In this document: piece after piece, positions 48,924 through 58,375 of the stretch | Position numbering within the stretch: position 1 is the stretch's first letter | Layout: every line of letters starts with the position of its first letter | Assembly (NCBI GenBank): GCA_964540995.1 | Contig: CAZIOU010000002.1 | Coordinates: forward strand, 43,750-107,749 | Direction: 5' to 3' | Length of the DNA stretch: 64,000 nucleotides | Origin: an uncultured Gammaproteobacteria bacterium | GTDB lineage: Bacteria; Patescibacteriota; Patescibacteriia; UBA1558; 2-01-FULL-52-15 | Program-made: the position numbers and the translations under genes | The notes under the pieces: model-generated | Told to the model about the DNA's origin: nothing | Database searches by the model: none | What the model saw: only the letters and a program-made list of their open reading frames with translations

Positions 48924-49610
48924 TCAGATGGTCTCAATCTCCTCAAGAATGGTATTAACCTTGGTGATGACGAAAATCTGTCGCACTCTCCGAGGTACTT
49001 TATAGACGATGCAGCCTTTATGGCATTCTTTGGCTGCGATGTAGATAACAATCAGAGTACCAAGACCATTGTTGCTGATGAACTGCGTGCCCTGCAGATC
49101 AAGTACCAGTCGTTGTATCTTCGGATTCTTCAGATGCTCCTTACAATCCTCGACGAACTTCTCTCCATCAGGTCCGCCCATCAGATTACCAACAACATGG
49201 ATGACCATTGAATCACCCTGTTGCTCTGACTTAAAGCTCCTCCTCTCTTGATCGACGCCTGAGGACCGGTAATTTTCGTCATGTGCGTCGGCCAACGTAG
49301 GACGGATATCTAGAATAATATTAAGTTTGGTTGCTTCGAAGATACTTTTCACCGATCTCTGCACCCTGCATAAGATGAGTGATCTTGGGGTATTCTGCAC
49401 AGAACCTTGAGCGTTCACCAAGATACCCAAAGCATTCGAAGTGAGATAACTTACTGTGTGAAGATCCAAGATGATCTTGGTAATTTCACGATTAGCCAGA
49501 AGTTCATCGATGGCCTCTTGGAGTTTGACCGTATTCAGTTCACTCCACAAGGCCACAATCGGTGTCACGGTGGCAGTAGATCCTTGGATCTCGACTTTGA
49601 TCTCTGACAT
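48924..49610 (-). CDS. Tandem double-STAS protein
   Basis: IILDLHTVSYLTSNALGILV and LVLDLQGTQFISNNGLGTLI; both halves end ..FxxTKx. Confidence 0.88.
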   Translation of the reverse strand: MSEIKVEIQGSTATVTPIVALWSELNTVKLQEAIDELLANREITKIILDLHTVSYLTSNALGILVNAQGSVQNTPRSLILCRVQRSVKSIFEATKLNIILDIRPTLADAHDENYRSSGVDQERRSFKSEQQGDSMVIHVVGNLMGGPDGEKFVEDCKEHLKNPKIQRLVLDLQGTQFISNNGLGTLIVIYIAAKECHKGCIVYKVPRRVRQIFVITKVNTILEEIETI

Positions 49611-49618
49611 CTACCCTC

Positions 49619-50209
49619 CTAGGAAAGGTTTGGTTGCTTGGTCTGGCCCGATCGGCTACCGATATAGGCACCAAGGACGAATAAAGCTGAGATAATCTGC
49701 TGTACCACCATCACTGTCCGGTGTTGACGATACATCAGTAAGGCACAGCTGCCATTCATCAGCAAGAACCAGAGGTAACCGGTATTGTGTCGCCGAGCCA
49801 GAAACCAGGTACCGGCCAAGAATCCGATCACCATAGCTATCTCGAGAACCTGATTGATAGTACGGATGCCGTGATTATCAACGAAGCTAAGCGCTACTCC
49901 CAGCGGGATCATCAGTCGGACAAACCAGTCGATCCATTCATAGCTGCGAGACTGACTCTTCCAACTATTGATCACTCCCAAGATCATGGCCGGACCAGCA
50001 GCGGCTTCGAGGAAGACGGCGATCCAGTTACGACTCACCGCAAATAGTACGATGATAAAGGGTAGCCCTAGGCAGTAGCTGAGCCATGCCAATAGCATCA
50101 ATCGATCTTTCTTGAGCTTCAGGCGTGGTAGCTCTGAAAAGAAGAACCCCACCTTGGCTAACAGATAGAAACTGCCACCAGCAATCTGCAGGACTGTATC
50201 AAGCACCAA
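49619..50209 (-). CDS. Integral membrane protein, possibly PnuC-like transporter
   Basis: About 7 TM with two similar halves; SD AAGGAGG; promoter TTGACA-17-TAGTCT. Confidence 0.55.
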   Translation of the reverse strand: MVLDTVLQIAGGSFYLLAKVGFFFSELPRLKLKKDRLMLLAWLSYCLGLPFIIVLFAVSRNWIAVFLEAAAGPAMILGVINSWKSQSRSYEWIDWFVRLMIPLGVALSFVDNHGIRTINQVLEIAMVIGFLAGTWFLARRHNTGYLWFLLMNGSCALLMYRQHRTVMVVQQIISALFVLGAYIGSRSGQTKQPNLS

Positions 50210-50342
50210 AACCTCCTTAGAGTGTCTGTGTGAATATTCAAATGTAAGGAACCAGTTGATTCCGAAGACTACAATTATTTATCACTATTGTCAACGCTTT
50301 GACAGTTGACGCCACCGAAGTTAACCGCTACACTCCTCTGTT

Positions 50343-51308
50343 ATGCATGACCATCAAATAGAAGCTAATGCCATCAAACAGACTATTGATCAGAGTCGCC
50401 AGATTTTAATTATTTCTCATCGGTCACCTGATGGCGACACCGTCGGCGCTGCCACTGCTCTAGCAGAGACACTTCTAACTCAAGGCAAAGAGGTGCAGCT
50501 TTTCTGTGCTGATCCATTGCCGCTCTATCTCCGCTATCTGCCCAATGCTCATCGCTATAGTACTGATGAGCGCGTATTTGATCTGCATTTTGATCTCGTC
50601 ATTGTCGTTGATAGCGGCAACTTACTCTATGCTGGTGTCGATACACTGGCACCCAAGTTATCCGGCACTCCTCCACTCGTTAACATTGATCATCATGTGA
50701 CCAATACTTTGTACGGCCACCACAATCTAGTAGTAGTCGCTGCCAGCTCGGCCTGCGAGATCGTCGGGCGACTGCTGCGTCATTGGAACATTGATATTAC
50801 TGAGCGTATGGCCAACTGTCTCATCACCGGCATTGTGACTGATACCAGCGGACTACGTAATCCCGCCACCAAGCACACAACTCTCGAAATTGCCGGCTAC
50901 CTGACACGACGCGGAGCTGATATCAATCACGTCTATCGACTGACGCATCATCAGAAAACAGTCGATCAACTTCGACTGTGGGGACTAGCCTTGTCACGAC
51001 TTAAGAAAAGCCAAACTCTGAATCTTGTCACTACCTACATCAATGACCAAGATCTCCAAGAATACGGTCTGACGGCAGACAGCTTAGAAGGTCTAGCCAA
51101 CTATCTGGCTGTGCTCCATGAGGCGGAGATCATCATGGTACTGAAGCAGAAAGACGATGTCGTCCATGGATCGCTACGCACTCCTTTCGATCATGTCGAT
51201 GTCAGCAAATTGGCGCAAGCACTAGGTGGTGGCGGGCACAAGAAGTCGGCGGGGTTTACCGTCACTGGTAAACTAGTGATGCAGAATGATAGATTGTCGG
51301 TTGAATAA
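50343..51308 (+). CDS. nrnA: DHH/DHHA1 oligoribonuclease / pAp phosphatase NrnA
   Basis: SHRSPDGD, VVDSG, NIDHH, GIVTDT, GGGGHKKSAG. Confidence 0.93.
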   Translation: MHDHQIEANAIKQTIDQSRQILIISHRSPDGDTVGAATALAETLLTQGKEVQLFCADPLPLYLRYLPNAHRYSTDERVFDLHFDLVIVVDSGNLLYAGVDTLAPKLSGTPPLVNIDHHVTNTLYGHHNLVVVAASSACEIVGRLLRHWNIDITERMANCLITGIVTDTSGLRNPATKHTTLEIAGYLTRRGADINHVYRLTHHQKTVDQLRLWGLALSRLKKSQTLNLVTTYINDQDLQEYGLTADSLEGLANYLAVLHEAEIIMVLKQKDDVVHGSLRTPFDHVDVSKLAQALGGGGHKKSAGFTVTGKLVMQNDRLSVE

Positions 51309-51329
51309 CATCGCAAGAAAGATTCAAGC

Positions 51330-51486
51330 TACAATAACCAATAATCAAACAATAACAAATATCCAATACCGAGAGTCGGTTTATATTTGAACTCGTCCAT
51401 TAAATATTGTTTCTTGATTATTATTTATTGTTTGAGTATTGAAACTTAAATATTGTTTGGAAATTGTGACTTGATTATTGATTATT
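51330..51486. repeat. AT-rich degenerate short-unit repeats in inverted arrangement
   Basis: AATAACC/AATAATC/AATAACA on the left, TGATTATT/TATTGTT on the right. Confidence 0.55.
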
Positions 51487-51539
51487 CGTTATCCCCTCTC
51501 TCTTGACCTCTCCCTTTAATATGATAGATTAACGCTACT

Positions 51540-52115
51540 ATGTTACTCATCCCAACCGTCATCGAGAAATCCACCTACGGCGAGCGATCGTACGATATTT
51601 ATTCACGTTTACTCAAAGAACGTATCATTTTCCTCGGCAGTGAAATCGACGAAAACGTCGCCAATAGCGTCGTCGCCCAGCTTCTCTTCTTGGCCTCCCA
51701 GAGCGACACCAAAGATATCAAGATCTACATCAATTCACCGGGCGGCTCAGTCACTGATGGCTTAGCTATCTTGGATACGATGCAACACGTGAAGCCTGAC
51801 GTCTCAACCATCTGTGTCGGCATGGCTGCTAGTATGGCCGCAATACTGCTAGCCGGTGGCGCCAAAGGCAAACGCTTCGCCTTACCCAATTCCGAAATTC
51901 TCATCCACCAACCGATGGGCGGTACCCATGGCCAGGCTTCTGATATCAAGATCCGCGCCGAACACATGCTCAAGCTCAAAGACCGTCTTAATGTCATCTT
52001 ACAGAAACAGACTGGTCAACGATTGGACAAGATCGAACGAGACACTGATCGTGATTATTTCATGAGTGCCGAGGAAGCAGTTGATTACGGACTCTTGGAT
52101 AAAATTATTAAATAA
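51540..52115 (+). CDS. clpP: ATP-dependent Clp protease proteolytic subunit
   Basis: [41 protein letters not shown]. Confidence 0.98.
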   Translation: MLLIPTVIEKSTYGERSYDIYSRLLKERIIFLGSEIDENVANSVVAQLLFLASQSDTKDIKIYINSPGGSVTDGLAILDTMQHVKPDVSTICVGMAASMAAILLAGGAKGKRFALPNSEILIHQPMGGTHGQASDIKIRAEHMLKLKDRLNVILQKQTGQRLDKIERDTDRDYFMSAEEAVDYGLLDKIIK

Positions 52116-52174
52116 ACCCAGCCTCAACTAAACGAGTTGAGGCTCTTGTTTACAGTCGGTTCTTTCTACTTGAG

Positions 52175-52411
52175 GTGAAGATGGCTGCTCTAGAAGAGAA
52201 GCGCTGGCATCGGGCTCCGATCGCGAAGTTACGCCGCCAAGCTCGGTTGCAAAAGGTCGCCCGTGAACATCTGGCCGCAACAATCGGAATTATGATCGGC
52301 TCAGGATCATTTCTGGCCTATTATTTGAACGCTCCAGATTTCATCGTTGGGTTATTGATGTTCATAGGATTGACGATTCTCACTATCACCCACTTCTGCA
52401 GTCGTAGCTGA
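52175..52411 (+). CDS. Small membrane protein (2 TM)
   Basis: GAGGTG SD before ATG 52181; basic N-terminus plus two hydrophobic helices. Confidence 0.5.
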   Translation: MKMAALEEKRWHRAPIAKLRRQARLQKVAREHLAATIGIMIGSGSFLAYYLNAPDFIVGLLMFIGLTILTITHFCSRS

Positions 52412-52412
52412 C

Positions 52413-52538
52413 ATGGACATCAATTTCCAAAGCCTTACCCGACTCATCAGAGACGGATTTACCTTTGGGATAATCATCGCTATTGCCTGTCTGATCATAT
52501 TCGTGTTTGGTCGTTATCTGTTTCGGCGGCGATCATGA
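52413..52538 (+). CDS. 41-aa single-TM peptide
   Basis: Not in ORF track: MDINFQSLTRLIRDGFTFGIIIAIACLIIFVFGRYLFRRRS; starts 1 nt after the previous stop. Confidence 0.5.
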   Translation: MDINFQSLTRLIRDGFTFGIIIAIACLIIFVFGRYLFRRRS

Positions 52539-52618
52539 GCACGACACCATAGGAGCCTCGCGCCCACTCGGCACGCGGCTCTTTTTATTACTCAAAACTA
52601 CACTCCTATATAGGTGAG

Positions 52619-52708
52619 CTTGCCCGCCGACCTGTCCCCCGAAGCCTTGGCGTAGGGGGAAGCTTTCTTGCCTGCCGTAGCATCGGCGAAGGCAGGAGCG
52701 AAGGCGGG
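52619..52708 (+). repeat. Three nested 30-nt palindromic elements (CYTG family)
   Basis: Outer CTTGCCCGCCGA|AGCTTT|AGCGAAGGCGGG interrupted by 52631-52660 and 52667-52696. Confidence 0.82.
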
Positions 52709-52962
52709 TCCGACATAATAGTACGACGGCTGATGGAGCAGTGGATAACTGGGTCTTGAAATAATTTACCAATCAGGTACACTTAGACCCAGAAAAACAG
52801 GGGTAGTCCTTACAAACGGGACGCGCAATACTCCTGTTATTTTCTTTGCCGTAAATTACGGCAAAGAAAATAACCCGCCGAGATCCTAATGAGACACCAG
52901 CGGGTAATCGTGAATCGCCAACAAAGATATTGTCGGCGACTACTACCAAAAAGGAGGTTGCT

Positions 52963-53601
52963 ATGAAACAGGGACTGTTCTTTGTTTTAGCTTTGGCTTT
53001 GGCTGCCTGTCAGACCGAAGCCCCTACTACTCCACCGCTACAATTACGAGTTCAGGACTTGTCAGCTGACGATCATCTGATGCAGACACTGGATCACCAG
53101 CACTTCTTCGAGACCATCTCACCCAATGCTGGTTGGATCGATCATGATCATCCCTACTACGCCAACGATGGTCAGCGCGAATTCGTCTTCATCGATCTGG
53201 AAGCTGCTGACGAACATCGTACGCTCGTCATTATCTTCCGTCAGCAGCAGCCTGTCGCAGCCACCATCATCGGCTATGCTCCGATCGAGTCCTGCTATGA
53301 AGATGAGCCAGATCAATCTGCTACTGATGGCTATGTCTTCGTCTATGACCTGTCACAAGGCGTTCGTTGCCTGATGAACTACTTCACCGGTCAAAACCTG
53401 ACATCATCTGAGGAGCTCCCGAGCGACCAAAGACAAAGTCTCGATCTACTGAGTCATGAGTCTCAGCGTCAGTGCCTGACTAGCTACTTCCAGCACAAAC
53501 CACAAGGGCTTAACTGTCACTTGCTGACTGAGCTAGATATCTTGCCGCGGATGCAGTACGTGGCTGACGACGTCAGTCAGATAGTAGATTGCCTGCCGTA
53601 A
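52963..53601 (+). CDS. Orphan lipoprotein
   Basis: SD AAGGAGG, MKQGLFFVLALALAA-C lipobox. Confidence 0.75.
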   Translation: MKQGLFFVLALALAACQTEAPTTPPLQLRVQDLSADDHLMQTLDHQHFFETISPNAGWIDHDHPYYANDGQREFVFIDLEAADEHRTLVIIFRQQQPVAATIIGYAPIESCYEDEPDQSATDGYVFVYDLSQGVRCLMNYFTGQNLTSSEELPSDQRQSLDLLSHESQRQCLTSYFQHKPQGLNCHLLTELDILPRMQYVADDVSQIVDCLP

Positions 53602-53696
53602 TCAGGGCCGCCGAGCTTAGCTCGGCGGCTTCTTTACAAATAGCCCCATAATCAGTCCAAGCTTGTCAGCAAGGCAGGCGCATGTTAGTATGCTTA

Positions 53697-53890
53697 CGCT
53701 AGATTATATCGACCAATAAGTCATTAATTTAGCTAATTTAAGCCATAATCTGTTTCGATTGTTGAAGGGTAAAGTCTGAATTCGCATGTTCTCAATTTTC
53801 GTATCTATCGTTAGCGCGTCAGCCAGTTCAGCCTCATAGACTCCGAGTAACGCTCGGCTAGTATCTTTATACTTCACTATCGGGACAGTC
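53697..53890 (+). ncRNA. Candidate structured RNA upstream of rny (6S-like or 5' leader)
   Basis: Promoter TTGTCA-17-TAGTAT; long-range pairing of 53750-53774 with 53865-53888. Confidence 0.4.
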
Positions 53891-53902
53891 TAATATCTGT
53901 CT

Positions 53903-55417
53903 ATGTTATTTATTTACCTCCTGATTGCAGTGGTCCTCGGAGCCGTCATTGGTTTCGTGGCCAAGAAGATCGCTACCCAGCGAAGCATTGAGTCAGCCGA
54001 GCGCAAAGCGCATGAGCTGATCGAAGATGCCAAAAATAAGCAGAAGCAAGCCTTACTCGACAGTAAGGATCAAGCTTTGAAAATTATCGAAGAAGCCAAA
54101 CAAGAAGAGAAAACTCGTCGTCGCGAAATTCAAGATATGCAAGATCACTTGCAAAAGCGCGAGACTATGTTTGATACCAAGATTCTCGAATTCGAAGGCA
54201 AACAACAGAAACTCTATGAACAGCTGGAGAAAATGGAATCAGCTAAAGAAGAAGTCAAGAAAATTCGTGAAGAGCAGCTAGCCAAGTTAGAAAAAATTGC
54301 CAACTTACGTCAGGATGAAGCCAAACAGGTACTGATGCAAAATCTGGAAATGCGCAGCAAAGATGAATTACTGGCTCGCATGCGCAAATTGGAACTCGAA
54401 GCCAATGATGAATTGGAACGCAAATCCAAAACAATCTTAAGCACCGTGATGCAACGAGTTGCTTCTAATCATACATCCGAAAGTACGACTCTGATCGTTC
54501 CGCTAACGAGCGACGAGATGAAAGGACGCATCATCGGACGTGAAGGTCGCAATATCAAAACCATCGAACAACTCACTGGCGTCGAAATCATCGTCGATGA
54601 TACTCCGGAAAGTATCATGATTTCTGGTTTCAATCCTATTCGCCGTCACTTAGCCAAACGAGTCCTCGAACAACTGATGGTTGACGGTCGTATCCACCCA
54701 GCCCGCATCGAAGAAGTGGTCGCTCAAGCCAAGAAAGATCTCGCCGCCGATATCACCAAAGCCGGTGAAGAAGCCGCTTACGAAGCCGGTGTGGTCGGAC
54801 TTGATCCCAAATTGGTCCAGATCCTCGGTCGGCTCAAATACCGCACCAGCTACGGACAGAATCAATTACGACATGCGCTCGAAGTCTGTCATCTCTCCAC
54901 CTTACTGGCTCAAGAGCTCAAGGCTGACGTCACTGTCTGTCGCAAAGGTGGCTTGTTGCACGATATTGGTAAAGCGCTCGATCACGAAATCCAAGGTGGC
55001 CATCCAGAAATTGGTTATGACTTGATGAAGAAATTTGGTTTACCGGAAGAAATTGCCTATATGGCTATTGCCCATCACGAAGACAACCCCAAGACTTTGG
55101 AAGGAGTCATCGTGAAGATCGCCGACGCTATCTCTGGCTCTCGTCCAGGTGCTCGTCGCGATACTTATGAGAACTATGTCAAACGTCTAGAAGAACTAGA
55201 AGGTGTAGCCAATAGCTTCGAAGGTGTCGACAAGAGCTACGCCATCCAAGCTGGTCGTGAAATCCGTGTCTTCATCAATCCAGAAAATATGGATGACTAT
55301 CAGATGAAAACCTTAGCCCGCGACATCGCTACCAAGATTGAGAACGAACTCAAATATCCAGGTGAGATCAAAGTCACCGCCATTCGTGAGAAACGTGTCG
55401 TCGAATATGCCCGCTAA
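53903..55417 (+). CDS. rny: Ribonuclease Y
   Basis: N-terminal TM, coiled coil, KH motif KGRIIGREGRNI, HD motif LLHDIGK. Confidence 0.98.
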   Translation: MLFIYLLIAVVLGAVIGFVAKKIATQRSIESAERKAHELIEDAKNKQKQALLDSKDQALKIIEEAKQEEKTRRREIQDMQDHLQKRETMFDTKILEFEGKQQKLYEQLEKMESAKEEVKKIREEQLAKLEKIANLRQDEAKQVLMQNLEMRSKDELLARMRKLELEANDELERKSKTILSTVMQRVASNHTSESTTLIVPLTSDEMKGRIIGREGRNIKTIEQLTGVEIIVDDTPESIMISGFNPIRRHLAKRVLEQLMVDGRIHPARIEEVVAQAKKDLAADITKAGEEAAYEAGVVGLDPKLVQILGRLKYRTSYGQNQLRHALEVCHLSTLLAQELKADVTVCRKGGLLHDIGKALDHEIQGGHPEIGYDLMKKFGLPEEIAYMAIAHHEDNPKTLEGVIVKIADAISGSRPGARRDTYENYVKRLEELEGVANSFEGVDKSYAIQAGREIRVFINPENMDDYQMKTLARDIATKIENELKYPGEIKVTAIREKRVVEYAR

Positions 55418-56210
55418 ACCTCTCAAATTATTATTCTTCGGAGATGTCATCGGTAAGCTCGGCCGTCGCGCCGTAGCCCAGATTGTACCGCAGTGGAAAT
55501 CGCAGTATCAACCTGATGTGATCTTGGCCAATGTCGAGAACCTAGCTCATGGCAAAGGTGTAACGGTCAAAACACTAACCGAGCTTAAGGAAGCTGGCGT
55601 CCAAATCTTCACCGGTGGCAATCATATCTTCAGCAAAGACGATCCTACCACTGATGAATACGCTGACAATTTCACTTTGGCCTTACCGGCTAATGTCGTC
55701 CGCACACCGGCTAATTTTCGTTATCACAAAATTACTGTCGCTGATAAAGAGCTGGTCGTTATTAACTTACTAGGCCAATTCCAGATTGAATCTGATGGCA
55801 GTACCAACCCCTTCCTCGAATTCGATAAGCTCTATGACGAGCTTAGTAAACCGAAATTGATGCTCGTTGATTTCCATGCTGAAGCTACCAGCGAGAAGGT
55901 GGCTTTCGGTCTGTACTGTGACGGCCGTGCTTCAGCTGTCGTCGGATCACATACTCACATCCCTACCAATGACGCTCGCATCCTGCCTCAGGGCACTGGC
56001 TATATCTCTGATATGGGCATGGTCGGCGGTCAGAATACTGTCCTCGGTGTCACTGCCAGTATTATTATCAATCGGTTCAAAGGTGAAACAGCTGCATTTG
56101 ACTGGCCAGAGACGGGAGAGGCTATCATCTGCGGTGTCTACCTAGAGCTTGACCCGGAGACAGGACACTGTTTACAAATCACCCCGCTTCAAGCTACTAT
56201 TACAGTATAA
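55407..56210 (+). CDS. ymdB: YmdB/TIGR00282 family metallophosphoesterase
   Basis: FGDVIG, NVEN, TGGNH, VDFHAEATSEK, GSHTH, SDMGMVG; follows rny. Confidence 0.93.
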   Translation: MPAKPLKLLFFGDVIGKLGRRAVAQIVPQWKSQYQPDVILANVENLAHGKGVTVKTLTELKEAGVQIFTGGNHIFSKDDPTTDEYADNFTLALPANVVRTPANFRYHKITVADKELVVINLLGQFQIESDGSTNPFLEFDKLYDELSKPKLMLVDFHAEATSEKVAFGLYCDGRASAVVGSHTHIPTNDARILPQGTGYISDMGMVGGQNTVLGVTASIIINRFKGETAAFDWPETGEAIICGVYLELDPETGHCLQITPLQATITV

Positions 56211-56256
56211 GAAACCTCGTCTGCCCTATCGGTAGACGGACTTACGTCATACTACT

Positions 56257-56535
56257 ATGAACAAAGCCGAGCTATGTGAATCAATTGCTTCTAAACTAAG
56301 TCTCAACAAAACCGAAGTCGAACGAGTCGTCGATGCCTTCGAGGAAACGATCATGGCTACTCTGAAGACAGGCAGCGAAGTCAGCTTAACGGGCTTCGGC
56401 ACGTTCTCCGCTAAGCACCGTAGCGCTCGCGCCGGCGTCAATCCACGCAACCCGTCAGAGCGAATCCAAGTACCGGCCGTGACCATCCCCAAATTCAAAG
56501 CTGGCAAAGCTCTCAAAGACGCTCTCAAGAATTAG
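56257..56535 (+). CDS. hup: HU family DNA-binding protein
   Basis: MNKAEL, GFGTFS, RAGVNP, PKFKAGKALKDA. Confidence 0.96.
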   Translation: MNKAELCESIASKLSLNKTEVERVVDAFEETIMATLKTGSEVSLTGFGTFSAKHRSARAGVNPRNPSERIQVPAVTIPKFKAGKALKDALKN

Positions 56536-56672
56536 ATCATTACTCAATAATCCCGCTACCCAGCGGGATTATTTGTTTTATTACGCTATTTGACATACTT
56601 CCTACCATAGACTAAAGTCACACCGTTCGCTCTTTATCAAACCGCCACAACACACTCCCAAGGAGGGCAGCC

Positions 56673-57077
56673 ATGTCCCAACTACTTATTGACCGCAATA
56701 TTGTTACTTGGAGAGAGTTAACTCAAGCCGAAAGCCTGATTATCAGACTGTACCCGCTATTGGTGACTGCGGCCAAAAACACGAATCATGAGACGCATAC
56801 CGTCGGACTTCGAGTTCAGGTATTCGATGAGCTACGATTTTCGATTGTAGTTCAGAAAAAAGATGACTGTACCCAAGAAACAATCGCCACCCTCTTTTGG
56901 TGGGCAGTCGCTGATAATCCCGAACTTTGTCTCGACAGCGAAACGATTAAATGGATTCCCGTGTACATTGCGTCACGACTCTGCAGCCTCTCATTCGGTG
57001 GAGCAAATCCTCTGGAGCAGTTGGGCTGTAATTCTTCTGGATCAGAATCATTCTATTCCTTCATTCCCATGAGATAG
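56673..57077 (+). CDS. Orphan hypothetical protein
   Basis: Promoter TTGACA-17-TAAAGT, SD AAGGAGG, terminator at about 57080-57110. Confidence 0.6.
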   Translation: MSQLLIDRNIVTWRELTQAESLIIRLYPLLVTAAKNTNHETHTVGLRVQVFDELRFSIVVQKKDDCTQETIATLFWWAVADNPELCLDSETIKWIPVYIASRLCSLSFGGANPLEQLGCNSSGSESFYSFIPMR

Positions 57078-57116
57078 CCAAAACGGCCCGATCACCAGAT
57101 CGGGCCGTTTCTTATA

Positions 57117-57905
57117 TTATTTTTTTATTACGATACCAACCTTGGCACCATCAGCTGCTTGACCCGTCCAATCATGGATCGCGGCCATCAAGATATTTTC
57201 CGTATAGATATAATCCGCGCCATTACGGGTACCTGGGTCATTGGTGATGAACTTGCCATCTTTGGTAAAGCCTTTGATCACCAACATATGATAGATCGGA
57301 CCAGGCTGTTTGAAATTGGGATTATGCAGCTCTCTCCCCGCTGCCGGTACTATCACGGGGAAACCAGAGCGTAGCTGATCGCGTATCTTATCAGCTGTCA
57401 GATTGGCAATGATTTGATAACGATAGGAGGGATAAAACTGTTTGGCTAATTCAATGGTCTTGGCAGCTGATAAATCTAAATGTCCACCCCACTCTTTGAT
57501 CTGCCAAGCCACCATCTGATCAATCACATCCTTCATCTGCTGCTTAGTCAGACTGGCGTCGCGTAGATAAAAATCAGTCATGATTAGACTCGCCTCTTCG
57601 CAAGCTTCGCCATAGGGCATACTCCAATCACCAAAAGGAGCCTGCGAGGCAAATGGTACTGCCAAGTTAATCTGGTCAACTGGAGGTTTGGGTTCTGACA
57701 CTGGAGGTTTGGGTTTCTGGGGCACAGTGGAAGTCGGTATTACGGGAACAGTAGTAGTGACTACAGCGTTGATTGGTAGCGCTGGAGGCAGAACAACCTT
57801 GGGTGTCACAGCCTGACGAATATAGCCTCGTCCAGCATAAGCCAAACCAGCGATAACAATGATCGCCAGACCGGCTGTAAGAAATAATGTAGCTCTTCGT
57901 CTCAT
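57117..57905 (-). CDS. Membrane-anchored C39-like cysteine peptidase
   Basis: LAVPFASQAP, CEEASL (Cys), YHMLVIKG (His), TNDPG (Asp). Confidence 0.85.
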   Translation of the reverse strand: MRRRATLFLTAGLAIIVIAGLAYAGRGYIRQAVTPKVVLPPALPINAVVTTTVPVIPTSTVPQKPKPPVSEPKPPVDQINLAVPFASQAPFGDWSMPYGEACEEASLIMTDFYLRDASLTKQQMKDVIDQMVAWQIKEWGGHLDLSAAKTIELAKQFYPSYRYQIIANLTADKIRDQLRSGFPVIVPAAGRELHNPNFKQPGPIYHMLVIKGFTKDGKFITNDPGTRNGADYIYTENILMAAIHDWTGQAADGAKVGIVIKK

Positions 57906-57952
57906 AGTACGCAGGTTATACTATAACCTCATTTCATAATTAAATACAACCT

Positions 57953-58375
57953 ATGAAACGAACTATCGCCGTTTTAGCGATACTATCTATGCTCATTACC
58001 GTCAATACGGTAGTAGCTAAATCCAATGATGCCAAGAATGCCAATAAAGATGGCGCCCTCGGTATCAGTAATACGCTGCAACTCAAGCATAATGAATCAG
58101 CCGAAGTTGAACACAATAAGTCAGCCAAACTAACAGCAGCTCATAAGATTACCTTCATCTATACCAGTGACACAGCTGCTACGACTACACTGTATGCTCT
58201 AACCAAAGATCGTCATGTCTGGTCTATCAGCAATGGCAGCTGGACTGACATGAACCGCACCTTACCAACTACCACACCGGCTATCAAGCAGTGGCAACCG
58301 AGCGCTTTCCTCGATGCTCGCGGTGATGCCTGGCGCTGGAGCGGCTCACTCTGGGTCAATATCAGCCATCCGTAA
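57953..58375 (+). CDS. Secreted hypothetical protein
   Basis: Signal peptide; Trp-rich beta-type C-terminus. Confidence 0.65.
   Translation: MKRTIAVLAILSMLITVNTVVAKSNDAKNANKDGALGISNTLQLKHNESAEVEHNKSAKLTAAHKITFIYTSDTAATTTLYALTKDRHVWSISNGSWTDMNRTLPTTTPAIKQWQPSAFLDARGDAWRWSGSLWVNISHP

Noticed and set aside
43062-50209. Complete integron (intI plus attI) or prophage
   Set aside because: No tyrosine recombinase or phage structural genes in the window
52533-52772. 79-aa minus-strand ORF containing LRQGFGGQ
   Set aside because: Translation of the nested palindromic elements; the 9401-9646 ORF is rejected for the same reason
52795-52850. c-di-GMP-I riboswitch or hammerhead ribozyme
   Set aside because: Only fragments (GGGACGC, CTAATGAG) resemble them; the GCAAA/GNRA-receptor and CUGAUGA...GAAA cores are missing
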